Part shown: positions 53,122 to 64,000 of the stretch, piece after piece
How the letters are laid out: every line of letters starts with the position of its first letter
How positions within the stretch are numbered: position 1 is the first letter of the stretch
Origin: Mobula hypostoma
Taxonomy: Eukaryota
DNA: 64,000 nucleotides
Direction: 5' to 3'
Assembly (NCBI RefSeq): GCF_963921235.1
Contig: NC_086097.1
Span: forward strand, 75,580,001-75,644,000
Made by a program: the position numbers and the translations under genes
Notes under the pieces: generated by a model
The model's input: only the letters and a program-made list of their open reading frames with translations
What the model was told of the DNA's origin: nothing
The model's database searches: none

Positions 53122-54472
53122 ATGCGGAGGAACTGAACGAGTATTTTGCATCCATCTTCACTGAGGAAGACGTCAGCAGTATACCGGACACTCAAGGGTA
53201 GCAGGGAAGAGAAGTGTGCGCAGTCACAATTTCGACAGAGAAAGTACTCAGAATGCAGTGGATGTTGTATATTTAGATTTTCAGAAGGCCTTTGACAAGG
53301 TGCCGCACATGAGGCTACTTAACAAGATAAGAGCCCATGGAATTATGGGAAAGTTACATACGTGGATAGAGCATTGGCTGATTGGCAGGAAACAGAGAGT
53401 GGGAATAAAGGGATCCCATTCTGGTTGGCTGCCGGTTACCAGTGGTGTTCCACAGGGGTCCGTGATGGGGCTGCTTCTTTTTACATTGCACATCAACGAT
53501 TTGGATTATGGAATAGATGGCTTTGTGGCTAAGTTTGCTGATGATACGAAGGTAAGTGGAGGGGCCGGTAGTGCTGAGGAAACAGAGAATCTGCAGAAAG
53601 ACTTGGATAGATTGGAAGAATGGGCAAAGAAGTGGCAAATGACATACAATGTTGGAAAGTGTATGGTTATGCACTTTGGTAGAAGAAATAAACGGGCAGA
53701 CTATTTTTTAAATGGGGAGAGAATTCAAAGTTCTGGGATGCAACGGGACTTGGGGAGTCCTTGTACAGGATACCCTTAAGGTTAACCTCCAGGTTGAGTT
53801 GGTGGTGAAGAGGGTGAATGCAATATTGGCATTCATTTCTAGAGGAATAGAGTATAGGAGCAGGGATGTGATGTTGAGGCTCTATAAGGCACTGGTGAGA
53901 CCTCACTTGGAGTACTGTGGGCAGTTTGGTCTCCTTATTTAAGAAAGGATGTGCTGACGTTGGAGAGGGTATAGAGAAGATTCAATTGAATGATTCCAGG
54001 AATGAGAGGGTTACATATGAGGAACGTTTGTCCGCTCTTGGACTGTATTCCTTGGAGTTTAGAAGAATGAGGGGAGACCTCATAGAAACATTTCGAATGT
54101 TGAAAGGCATGGACAGAGTGGATGTGGCAAAGTTGTTTCCCATGATGGGGGAGTCTAGTACGAGAGGGCATGACTTAAGGATTGAAGGGCGCCCATTCAG
54201 AACAGAGATGTGAAGAAATTTTTTTAGCCAGAGGGTGGTGAATCTATGGAATTTGTTGCCACGGGCGGCAGTGGAGGCCAAGTCATTGGGTGTATTTAAG
54301 GCAGAGATTGATAGGTATCTGAGTAGTCAGGGCATCAAAGGTTATGGTGAGAAGGCGGGGGAGTGGGACTAAATGGGAGAATGGATCAGCTCATGATAAA
54401 ATGGCAGAGCAGACTCGATGGGCTGAATGGCCGATTTCTGCTCCTTTGTCTTATGGTCTTATGGCCTTATGG
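53122..54472 (+). mobile_element. 5'-truncated, internally deleted CR1 inserted in the sushi protease region
   Basis: ORF 53216..53779 RT motifs; jumps from EKVL to [10 protein letters not shown]; tail (TCTTATGG)n. Confidence 0.92.
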
Positions 54473-55794
54473 ACCAATGACCTATAAGGGGGCAGGCTTC
54501 AGTACGAGGGAACCTAAGACCTTCAGGAGACCTAATCCCATTCTCAAGAGTGGACGAGCCAGTTTTAGCTAACGGTTCAGTGCAAGTCCTGACACAGTCT
54601 AGTTGGAATCCCACAGGATCTAGGGAAAGGGAACTTCTAGATCAGGAGAAGACCAACAAGATGCCCAAGCAGTCTGGGAGACTTGCCGCTAAGTTGAAGA
54701 GAATCAGCCGCCAAGTCTCAAGGAAGCAAAAGACTCCATTATGCCAATCCTTGAAGCCTATTCCTGGAGCTGCAAGAACCCTCTGTACCCCGTTGCTGCC
54801 ATTGCCTGTGGATACCGACTGGGATTCGGACTCTGATTTGGCCACTGTTTCCTCAGATGAACTTTGGGAGCTCAGAGAGAGGACTCTGAAACCCGCTGAA
54901 TCACCCATATCACCAAAGAAATCTCAGGAGTCATCCTGAAAGGAAGGCAGAGGAGATAGCAATGCCCAAAATCCCCTCTGTTTACAAGGACTTAGAGGAC
55001 GTCTTCAGCAAGGGACAGGCACCAGCCCCATGACTATGCCATAGACCTGTTGCCAGGTACTTGTCCTCCGCGCGGTCATTTGTAGATGCCCTCAATCCCA
55101 GAAAGAAGTACTAGGGAGGAGTATATAAAGAAAGCTTTTGCCATGGGCTTCATTTGCCCGGCTCCCCCACCTCACCCTCAAGTGCTGGTTTCTTCTTCAA
55201 ACAAGAGAAAGATGAAAGCCTGCCAACATGCATTGATTACAGGGGATTAAATCGCATAACAACCAAGGATTACTACCCTCTTCCTCTTGTGAATACGGCT
55301 TTAGAGATGCTCCAAGGGACAGGGTATTCACAAAATTAATCCTCTGGAATGCTTACGATCTGGTTCATGTCAGGGAGGGCAATGGGTGAAAGATAGCATT
55401 CACTACACCAAAAGGCACTACAAGTGCCAGGTTATGGCCTTCAGCCTTACGAATGCCCGAGCTGTTTTCCAAGCTTTTGTAAATGATGTGCTCCAGCATA
55501 CACTCCATAAGTATGCCTTTGCCTACTTGGATGATATCCTAACCTTCTTGAAGTCCATGGAGGAACACGTTGCTCATGCTAAGAACATTTTGAAGAGGCT
55601 ACTAGACCATGGACTTTATGTCAAGTTGGAGAAGTCCGAGTTTCATGTGACAACTGTTTCATTTTTGGGTTTCATCATCTCTAATGGTAATCTCAAGATG
55701 GACCCTACCAAGGCCCAGGCAGTCAGAGACTGGCCACCACCATCCAATATCAAACAGGTACAATGATTCCTGGGGCTTGCTGACTTCTACAGGA

Positions 55795-55917
55795 ATGGCG
55801 AAAAGGCAGGTGTATGGGGTTGAGTGGGACCCAGGATCAGCCATGACAGATTGGCAAAGCAGACTCAATAGGCTGAATGGCCTAATTCTGCTCCTATGTC
55901 TTATGATCTTATGGTCT
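55795..55917 (+). mobile_element. CR1 3'UTR-only insertion in sushi pol
   Basis: Matches CR1 3' ends; interrupts 'ttctacagg|aagttcatcagg' (FYRKFIR). Confidence 0.85.
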
Positions 55918-58347
55918 AAGTTCATCAGGAAATTCAGCCTGGTGAATCTGCTGATGGCCCTAACAGAGAAATCCACAGGCCATTTTGTCTGGCCTACTGA
56001 AGCGGAAGCTGCCTTTGCTGAGCTTAAACAGCAGTTTACTACAGCTCCCATCTTTGTTTCTCCTAACTCGGACCTTCCCTTCATTGTAGAGGTGATCACA
56101 TCAGAAATCGGAATAGATGCCACAGTAAACTGCAGCCATGTGCATTCTTCTCTCGGCGACTATCCCCGGTACAGAGGAACTATGAATCAGGAGCTTCTTA
56201 TGGTTAAGTTAGCTTTAGAGGAATGGCATCACTAGTTGGAGGGGGCCAAGGACCTTTTTATCATTTGTACTGACCATAAGAACATGGTCTATATTCAGGG
56301 GGCCAAGAGGCTGAATTCCAGGTAGGCCAGGTGGTCTTTGTTTTTTAATCAGTTTAGTTTCATCTTGACCTATCAACCGAGGTCAAAGAAGCAGAAGCTT
56401 AATGCCAGGTCCCACGAGTTTAACGAACTGGAGTGAGAGGAGCAGCCTACCACCTTTTTGCCCCAAGCCAGGATAGTACTGCCAATTTATTGCGGAATCG
56501 ACGCTCTTGTTCACAAGGCCCAAGCACAAATGGAGATTCCTGAAAATGATCCCCTGGGCTGGCTCTTCGTCCCAGATTCTGTCCAGTCCCAGGTATTGCA
56601 AAGGGAACATTCGTCAAGAATGGCCACACATGCGGGATTGCCAGGACCCTTGAGTTTATCAAGAGGAGCTGCTGGTGGCCTGGAATGGCAAGAGAAGCTC
56701 GGCAGTATGTGCCGGCATGCAAGCTGCGTGGCTGGAGCAAGGACCCCTGTACCCAACCTCAAGGGCTCCTCCACTCCCTACCTGTTCCAAAAAGACCTTG
56801 GGCACACATCTCCATGAACTTTATCATAAGTCTCCCGCCATCCAAGGGAAAGTCGGTCATCATGGTTGTTGTCATTGCCATAGAGAAGTTAATTTCCTCA
56901 GCGGAGATGGCTGAGATTGTCCTGGACCAGGTATCAGGGTGCACAGGTTCCTGGTGGACATTGTCTCGAATCGTGGTCCACAATTCTCAGCACATTTCCA
57001 GAAGGCTTTCTGTAAACTGATTGGGGCAACAGCAAGCCCTTCCTCTGGGTTTTCCTCGCAGTCCAACAGCCAGATGAAGTGGACCAACCAAAATTTAGAA
57101 AGTACCCTGAGATGCCTGGCCTTGGAATGACCAATGTGTGGAGTAACCATTAGATATAGCCTGAGATCACCCACAACACCTTACAGCATTCGGTGCATGG
57201 GATGTCATTATTCGAGTACCAGTTTGGTTATCCTCCACCTCTCTTTCTGGAACAAGAAGCTGAAGTTGGGGCCCCTGTGGCAGAAGATCTCGTCCAATGC
57301 TGCAAGGAGAAATGGATGAGGGCAAGAGAGATTTTGCTGGCCTCTATCCGGAGAGTGGAGACTAAGGCAAATGCAAGTGTCAGCCTGGGCAACAGGTTTG
57401 GCTGTCCACTCATGATTTGCCTCTCCAAGTGGAATTTTAAAAATTGGAGCATAAGTTCACTGGTCCCTTTAAGATCCTGAGTATAGTAAGCTGGTGGCCT
57501 ATACTTTGCAGCTCCCCAAGACACTAAAAATCAACCCCACCTTCCACATCTCTAAATTAAAACCTGACTGCGTCCAACTCCTTAGCTCCACCACCATCGG
57601 CCCCATCACGACCCAGGTTTGTCAAGGGGGAACAGGTCTTCACAGTGAAAAGACTTTTGGACTCATGTACTGTTTGAGGTGTTAAGCAACAGCTCATGGA
57701 CTGGGAGGGATTCGGACCGGAGGAAAGCTGCTGGGTGCCAGATCATGGACTGGGAGGGATTCGGACCAGAGGAAAGCTGCTGGATCTGACTCCCATCCAC
57801 AATTACTATTACTGCCTCTCCGAGCAACCAGGGCCATCAGGAGTCGGCCAGAGGGGGGAGGGTCCTGTTACGTGATGCTCCCAACCATGCCAGCTTCTGA
57901 GACTTAAACACTCTAATTCTCTGGAGTACGGGTAGCTGGCGCAGCCTCTTTAAGGGCTTAGGACCTCCCCGCTAATTGATAATCATGTTTTGGGGGTGAA
58001 AAACTGAGTATTGAAGTAACACCTGTATATAGGTTCAATGCTCAAAGGTAAACCTACCAGTGATTTCTTCTAGCACTGTTTTGTGCTCAATTTCTCAATC
58101 CCATTTGAGACCATGTCTCAATCCCAGCCTCAGACACTCCAGCATTTAGACTGTCATCACAGTATGATTGAGCCAACATGGACCCAGAGGCTATCATCCG
58201 CTGTGACCAGCCGTCATCCGTTGCGACTTCCTTCAGCGATTCTTTTGCCCTCTGTTTCTCGATCCCGTTTGGGATGGTGTCACAATCCCAGCCTCAGATA
58301 CTCCAGCATTTGGGTCCTAGTCATCCTCATCAAGGATTCTCGTCACA

Positions 58348-58572
58348 GTCTGCTTGCCATCAGTGGTCACATAACCAGGACGTGATATGCACTAGCTGCT
58401 CATACAACCATCCACCACCTGCTCCAGTGGCTTCACGTGACCCTGATCAGGTGGCGGGGGGGGGTTGCTAAGCAGGTGCTACACCTTGCCCAAGGGTGAC
58501 CTTCTGGCTAGAGGACGGAAGGAGCGCCTTACACCTCCTTTGGGAGAGATGTATTTCCATCCTGCCACCTTC
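58348..58572 (-). mobile_element. 5' half of the SINE-like repeat targeted by the sushi element
   Basis: Revcomp ends ..GACCACTGATGGCAAGCAGAC and continues through the TSD into 46929 CAGACAATCTCTG. Confidence 0.6.
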
Positions 58573-58934
58573 TTTTGCGTTATATATTTAAAAATAAATA
58601 TATAGTGCCAAAGACGAATAGTGAGATAGTGTTTGTGGGTTCAAGGACTGTTCAGAAATCTGATGGTGGAGTGGAAGAAACTGTTCCCAAAAGTTTGAGT
58701 GTGAATTTTCAGGCTCCTGATGGTGGTACTAAGAAAAGGGCATGTCCCAGATGGTGAATGCCCTTAATGATGTATGCCACCTTCTTGAGACACTGCCTTT
58801 TGAAGATGTCCTTGATGGTGAGAAGGCAGTGAGAAGAGATTGTCCACAACATTGCACAGTTGCTAAAGCAAGAAGCAGTGAATGTGTGCCTTCAAAGCTG
58901 AAAAAAGGGTCTCTAAGAATTTGCTTTCTGTGTT

Positions 58935-61045
58935 CCATAAGTCCATAAGGTATAGGAGCAGAATTAGGCCATTTAGCCTATCGAGTCTGCTCAATCATTT
59001 TTTCATGGCGGATCCAATTTTTTTCTCAGCCCCAATCTCTTGCCTTCTCCCTGTATCCCTTCATTCCCTGACCAGTCAGGAATCTATCAGCCTCTGCCTT
59101 ACATATACATAAAGACTTGGCCTCCACAGCTGCCTATGGCAAAGAATTCCATAGATTCACCACTCTCTGGCTAAAGAAATTCATCCTCATCTCCATTCTA
59201 AAAGCATTCTCCTCTATCTGAGGCTGGGTCCTCTCGCCTTAGTCTCTCCCAGCAGAGGAAACATCCTCTCCACATCCACTTTGTCAAGACCTTTCACCAT
59301 TCGATAGGTTTCAATGAGGTCACCCCTCATTCTTCCGAATTCCAGCGAATACAGGCCCAGAGCCATCAAACACTCTTCAAACAATAAATCATTCAATCCT
59401 GGAATCATTTTTGTAAACCTCTTTTGAAACTTCTCCAGTTTCAGCACATCCTTTCTAAGATAAGGGCCCCATACCTGTTCACAATACTCCAAGTGAGGCT
59501 CCACCAGTGCTTTCTAAAGTTTCAACATTATATCCTTGCTTTTATATTCTAGTCCTTTTGAAATGAATGCTAATATTGCATTTGCCTTCCTCACCACAGA
59601 CTCAACCTGCAATTAACTTTTAGAGAATCCTGCACAAGGACTCCGAAGTCCCTTTGCATCTCAGTTTTTTTTAGAAAATTTCTCTCCATTTAGAAGATAG
59701 TCAACCCTTTCATTTCTTCTACCTCAGTGCATGACCATGCACTACCCAACACTAATCCATCTGCCATTTCTTTGCCCATTCTCCTACTCAGTCTAAGTCC
59801 TTCTGTAGCCTCTACTTCCCCAAAACTACCTGCCCTCCACCTATCTTCACATTGTCTGCAAACTTTCAACAAAACCATCGATTCCATCATCCAAATCATT
59901 GACATACAACATAAAAAGAATTGGCCCCATCAAGACCCCTGTTGAACACCACTAGTCACTGGCAGCCAACCAGAAAAGGCCCATTTTATTCCCATTCTTT
60001 GCCTCCTGCTAATCATCCACTACTTTATCCATGCTAGAATTTTCCTGTAATACCATGGGCTCATAGCTTGTTAAGCGGCCTCATGTATGGCACCTTGTCA
60101 ACAGCCTTTTGAAAATTCAAGTACACTACATCAACCGATTCTCCTTTGTCTATCCTGCTTGTTCCTTCTTCAACGAATTCCAAAAGATTTGTCAGGCAAG
60201 ATTTTCCCTTGAGGAAACCATGCAGCCTATGGCCTACTTTAACTTGAGCCTCCAAGTACCCTGAGACCTCGTCCTTAATAACTGACTCCAACATATTCCC
60301 AACCACTGATTTCTGACTAAATAGCCTATACTTTCCTTTATTCTGCCTCTCTCTCTTCTTGAGTGACATTTGCAATTTTCCAGCCTTCCAAAACCAGTCC
60401 AGAATCTAATGATTTTTGAAAGATAATTACTACTGCCTCCACGGTCTCTTCAGCCTCCTTTTTCAGAACTTTGGAGTGTATACCATCCGGTCCAAGTGAC
60501 TTATCTTTGTTCAGACCTATCAGTTTCCCAAGAACCTTCTCTCCAGTTATGGTAACTTCACACATTTCATGATCCCTGACACCTGGAACTTCCACCATAC
60601 TGGTAGTGTCTTCCACAGAGAAGACTGATGCAAAATACTTATTCAGTTCATCCACTATTTCATTGTCCCCATTAATACCTCTCCATATCATTTTCCAGCA
60701 GTCTAATATCCACTCTTACCTCTCTTTCACATTTCATGTATTTGCAAAACATTTGGTATCCTCTTTAATATTATTTGCTAGCTTACTTTCATATGCCATC
60801 TTTAACTTCTCAATGACTTTTTTTGGTTGCCTTCTGTTCGTTTTATAAGAACTTCCCAATCCTCTAACTCCCGCTAATTTTTATTCTATTATTTGCCCTC
60901 ACTTTGGCTTTTATGTTGTCTTTGACTTCTTTTGTTAGCCATAGTTGTGTATCTTTTCTTTAGAATACTTCTTCATCTCTGAGATGTATATATTCTATGA
61001 CTTCCAAATTGCTTCCAGAAATTCTAGCCATTGAGGCTCTGCCAT
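58935..61045 (-). mobile_element. Decayed CR1 ORF2/3' end
   Basis: ORFs 60338..60691, 60061..60375, 59214..59504; CATAAG tail at ~58936. Confidence 0.92.
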
Positions 61046-61074
61046 CATTTGTGTTCTTTTCCAATCACGAGAGG

Positions 61075-61765
61075 AACCCTATCACTGTTAGTTAAACAGT
61101 CCTTCCAGGTGAAGTGACACATTTCCTGTGAGTCTGTTGGAGTCATATACTGTGTCCGGTGTTCCCGGTGTGTCCTCCTGTATATCAGTGATACCTGAAG
61201 TAGATTGGGAGACTGCTTCGCCGAGCCCCTACACTCTGTCTGCCAGAAAAATAGGATCTCCCAGTTGTCACCCATTTTAATTCCACTTCCCATTCCCATT
61301 CCAATATGTTTATCCATGGCCTCCTCCACAGTCATGATGAGACCACACTTAAGTTTGAGGAACAACACCTTATATACCATTTGGGTAGCCTCCAACCTGA
61401 TGGCATGAACGTCAATTTCTCAAACTCCAGTAATGCCCCACACCCCCACCCTCTCCTTCACCATTTCCCATCCCCTTTTCCCTCCCTCACCTTATCTCCT
61501 TGCCCGTCCATCACCTTCCTCTGGTGTCCCCTCCACCCTTTTCTTTCTTCTGTGGCCTTCTGTCTCTTTCACCAATCAACTTTCCAGCTCTTTACTTCAT
61601 CCTCCCACAACTTCAGGTTTCACCTATCATGTGTTTCTCTCTCCCCTCCCCCCATGTTTTAATTCTACACCTCAGCTTTTATTCTCCAGTCCTGCCGAAG
61701 GGTTTCAGCCCAAAATGTCGACTGTGCCTAGCCTGCTGAGTTCCTCCGGTATTTTGTGTGTGCTA
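61075..61765 (+). mobile_element. Penelope-like fragment (GIY-YIG + pLTR)
   Basis: EEQHLIYHLGSLQPDGMN; degenerate hammerhead 61688-61723. Confidence 0.88.
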
Positions 61766-63004
61766 ACTCACTTGGTGACCTCTTCAAGAAACCACTACAT
61801 AATGCTACCAAGGATAAATTGTTTGATTTTTTGGGTCAGTTAGTTAGTAGTTAAGAGTTTCCATGAATTCTGTACATTTCATCTGTGAATTCTATAAATT
61901 AGTGATATTAATAACGATTCATTAATGGTGTTGTTTCAGTGAGAATGTAGGAGTTTGAAATAGTTGGGTTACGCTGCTCTTGGAACACTCTTTTCCATTT
62001 TTCTGAATTTTCAGTAACTGATTCACTTATCCCTCCTTTCCCTCAGGGCAATCCCATTTCGGTGGTCCAAATTCCAGTAAACCCACACACATCCCACATT
62101 TGTAGCAGATGGGATTACAGCTGCTAAGAGGCCGTGGCTAGACCTATCCAGTTGCAAAGTACAAATGTATGAATCCTCGGCAAGAGGGCAGGGTTCCCTC
62201 ACCGTGATCTAAAACTAATTGGCAAGGGTTTCACCTTTAAATTGTTTGAGCTGTTAAGCAGGCATGTAACATTAGCACCAACAATCAGTGCAGACAATAA
62301 TTTCAGTATGGAAGAGGTCAATTTAGTGCATTATTATGAAGATTTATAGAATTGTTATAACAAAGAACAATGCCATTTAGCCAACTATGTGTATGCTGGC
62401 AATCTATGCATTTGGGTCCATACAAATTAATATATTTTGCTTACTGAGAGACTTTAAATATGACAGCAGGTTTTGTATTGGTACACTCACAGCAAAGAGC
62501 AAGGCTCATAGGAAGTATGAGTGATCAGTAAATCTACAGTACCCGCTCTCTGTAAATATGGCTGACCTACTGCGAACATAGAATTGTTGTATGACCTTTA
62601 TAGCATGAATCCATCATGGAGTAATATACTACGCTTGGAGATATGTTGTCAACTTATTTTCAATTTAATTCTGAATCATAGTTTGCTGAACATAAGGTAT
62701 GAATATAACTTACTGTGGTTTTATTGAGAAAGGAAGATCCTCCTACAATAACAGATGTAACATATCTCTTCATTTGGAGAATATGAGCCTAACTGATTTG
62801 TGTCGTTCTGCTGTGCTCTATGTCTCCACTCACTAAGCATACGCCTTCAGTCTTTTGCTAGGTCCTGTCATGGGCAGCCACTGTTCCTGGTTACGCCAGC
62901 TTTTAGGATAATGACCCTGTATAACAGGGCAAGGGTTTTTGCCATTCAAAGCAAAAAATGAAATTCCAGCTAAGGTCAGTAAGCAGATTATCTGGATTGT
63001 AATC

Positions 63005-63560
63005 ACAGGAGATTCTGCAGATGCTGGAAATCCAGAGTAACACAGAGAAAATGCCGGAGGAATTCAGCAAGTCAGGCAGCATCTATGGAGAGGAATAAGC
63101 TGTTAACATTTTGGTCTGAGGCCCCTCATCAGGACTGAAAAGGAAGGAGGAAGAAGCCAGAGTCAGAAGGTGAGTGGCGGGGAAGGAGTACAAACTGGTG
63201 GTGATAGGTGAAGTCAGGTGAGGGGGAAGATAGGAGGGTAGGAGAGAAGTGATGAAGTGAGAAGCTGGGAGGTGAAAAGTGAAAAAAGATAAAGGGCTAA
63301 AAAAGAAGGAAATCTGATAGGAGAGGAGTGTGGACCATGGAAGAAAGGGAAGGAGGTAATAGGCAGGTTAGGAGAAGAGAATTAAGAGGAGACAGTGGGT
63401 GGGGAATGGAAAAAGACAGAGGCGCAAGGGGGGAGAAATTACCAGAAGTTAGAGAAATTAATGTTCATGCCATCAGGTTGGAGGCTACGCAGATAGAGTA
63501 CGAGGTGATGCTGCTCCAACCTGACAGTGGCCTCATTGTGGCAGTAGATGAGGCAATGGA
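63005..63560 (-). mobile_element. Penelope-like fragment (end of GIY-YIG + pLTR)
   Basis: Revcomp similarity to 14880-15430; degenerate hammerhead ~63101-63136. Confidence 0.85.
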
Positions 63561-63733
63561 CCAGACTGTTGAGGACAAAGCAAGCTGTTCAACAAAGCAG
63601 ACCCATTATCTACATCATGGCTCACTGATTTAAAGGAGGCCGCACGGGTAACACCGGCTACAGTAGATGACCTGACAGAACTTTTTCAAGGCTCTCTATC
63701 CAACACCTGCCAGAGTAGGAATCTGTGAAGGAA

Positions 63734-63957
63734 GGGGAGGGAACATCGACTCAAACCATGAGAGGCCTGTGTCGGGCATTTTCATGCCTTACAAGGCGCA
63801 GGTTGGAAGTCTGTGTGGGGCGCCACTCCTCGCACAGACACTAGAGCAATGTGTGGTTAAGTGCCTTGCTCAAGGGCACAAACATGCTGCCGCAGCTGAG
63901 GCTCGAAATAGCAACCTTCAGATCACTAGTCAAACACCTTAACCACTTGGCCACATG
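63734..63957 (-). mobile_element. tRNA-derived SINE with a CORE-like segment; same head as 23841-24124, different tail
   Basis: CATGTGGCCAAGTGGTTAAGG head; GTGCCCTTGAGCAAGGCACTTAACC; flanking repeat TGAAGGAA at 63726-63733 and 63956-63963. Confidence 0.85.
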
Positions 63958-64000
63958 AAGGAAACTTGACTCCAATAATCCTATAAACAAATAATGACTA

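Larger units (their letters stand above)
52558..58347 (+). mobile_element. Remainder of the Tf1/sushi-type chromoviral Gypsy: gag C-terminus, protease, RT, RNase H, integrase, chromodomain, PPT, 3' LTR
   Basis: [80 protein letters not shown] 57850-57865; LTR from 57866; TSD GTCTG 58348-58352. Confidence 0.93.

Noticed and set aside
52558..57865. Domesticated sushi-derived gene (PEG10/RTL-like)
   Set aside because: Many stops, frameshifts and nested insertions, and LTRs are still present.

Overview
Eukaryotic (vertebrate) non-genic or intronic DNA made mostly of nested, decayed transposable elements. The repeat mix (CR1 LINEs with (TTCTATGT)n/(TCTTATGG)n tails, Penelope-like elements, Rex1/Babar, RTE) suggests a cartilaginous fish such as a ray; this is inference only. 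No intact host protein-coding gene is supportable, and every long ORF I can recognise is TE-derived. Contents: about 13 CR1 pieces (one near full length, 2670-7411), about 10 Penelope-like pieces carrying minimal type-I hammerhead ribozyme motifs, two Ty3/Gypsy proviruses plus a solo LTR, two RTE LINEs, a Rex1/Babar LINE and non-coding derivatives, tRNA-headed SINEs, and Tc1, Chapaev3-like and hAT DNA transposon relics. Best observations: (1) a 5.4-7.4 kb inversion splits a Tf1/sushi-type chromoviral provirus, supported by a matching GTCTG TSD, gag continuity and a split host SINE; (2) hammerhead-bearing Penelope termini form tail-out inverted repeats with recurrent 14-bp TSDs and a shared inversion point; (3) a tRNA-SINE shares a 46/48-nt 3' tail with an RTE LINE in the window, and a sister SINE has the same head but a different tail; (4) an RTE insertion shows a twin-priming-type 5' inversion; (5) the sushi element has a self-priming PBS and a duplicated U5-PBS-gag end. 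I found no convincing wholly new biological system. These are mostly known mechanisms in possibly undescribed families.
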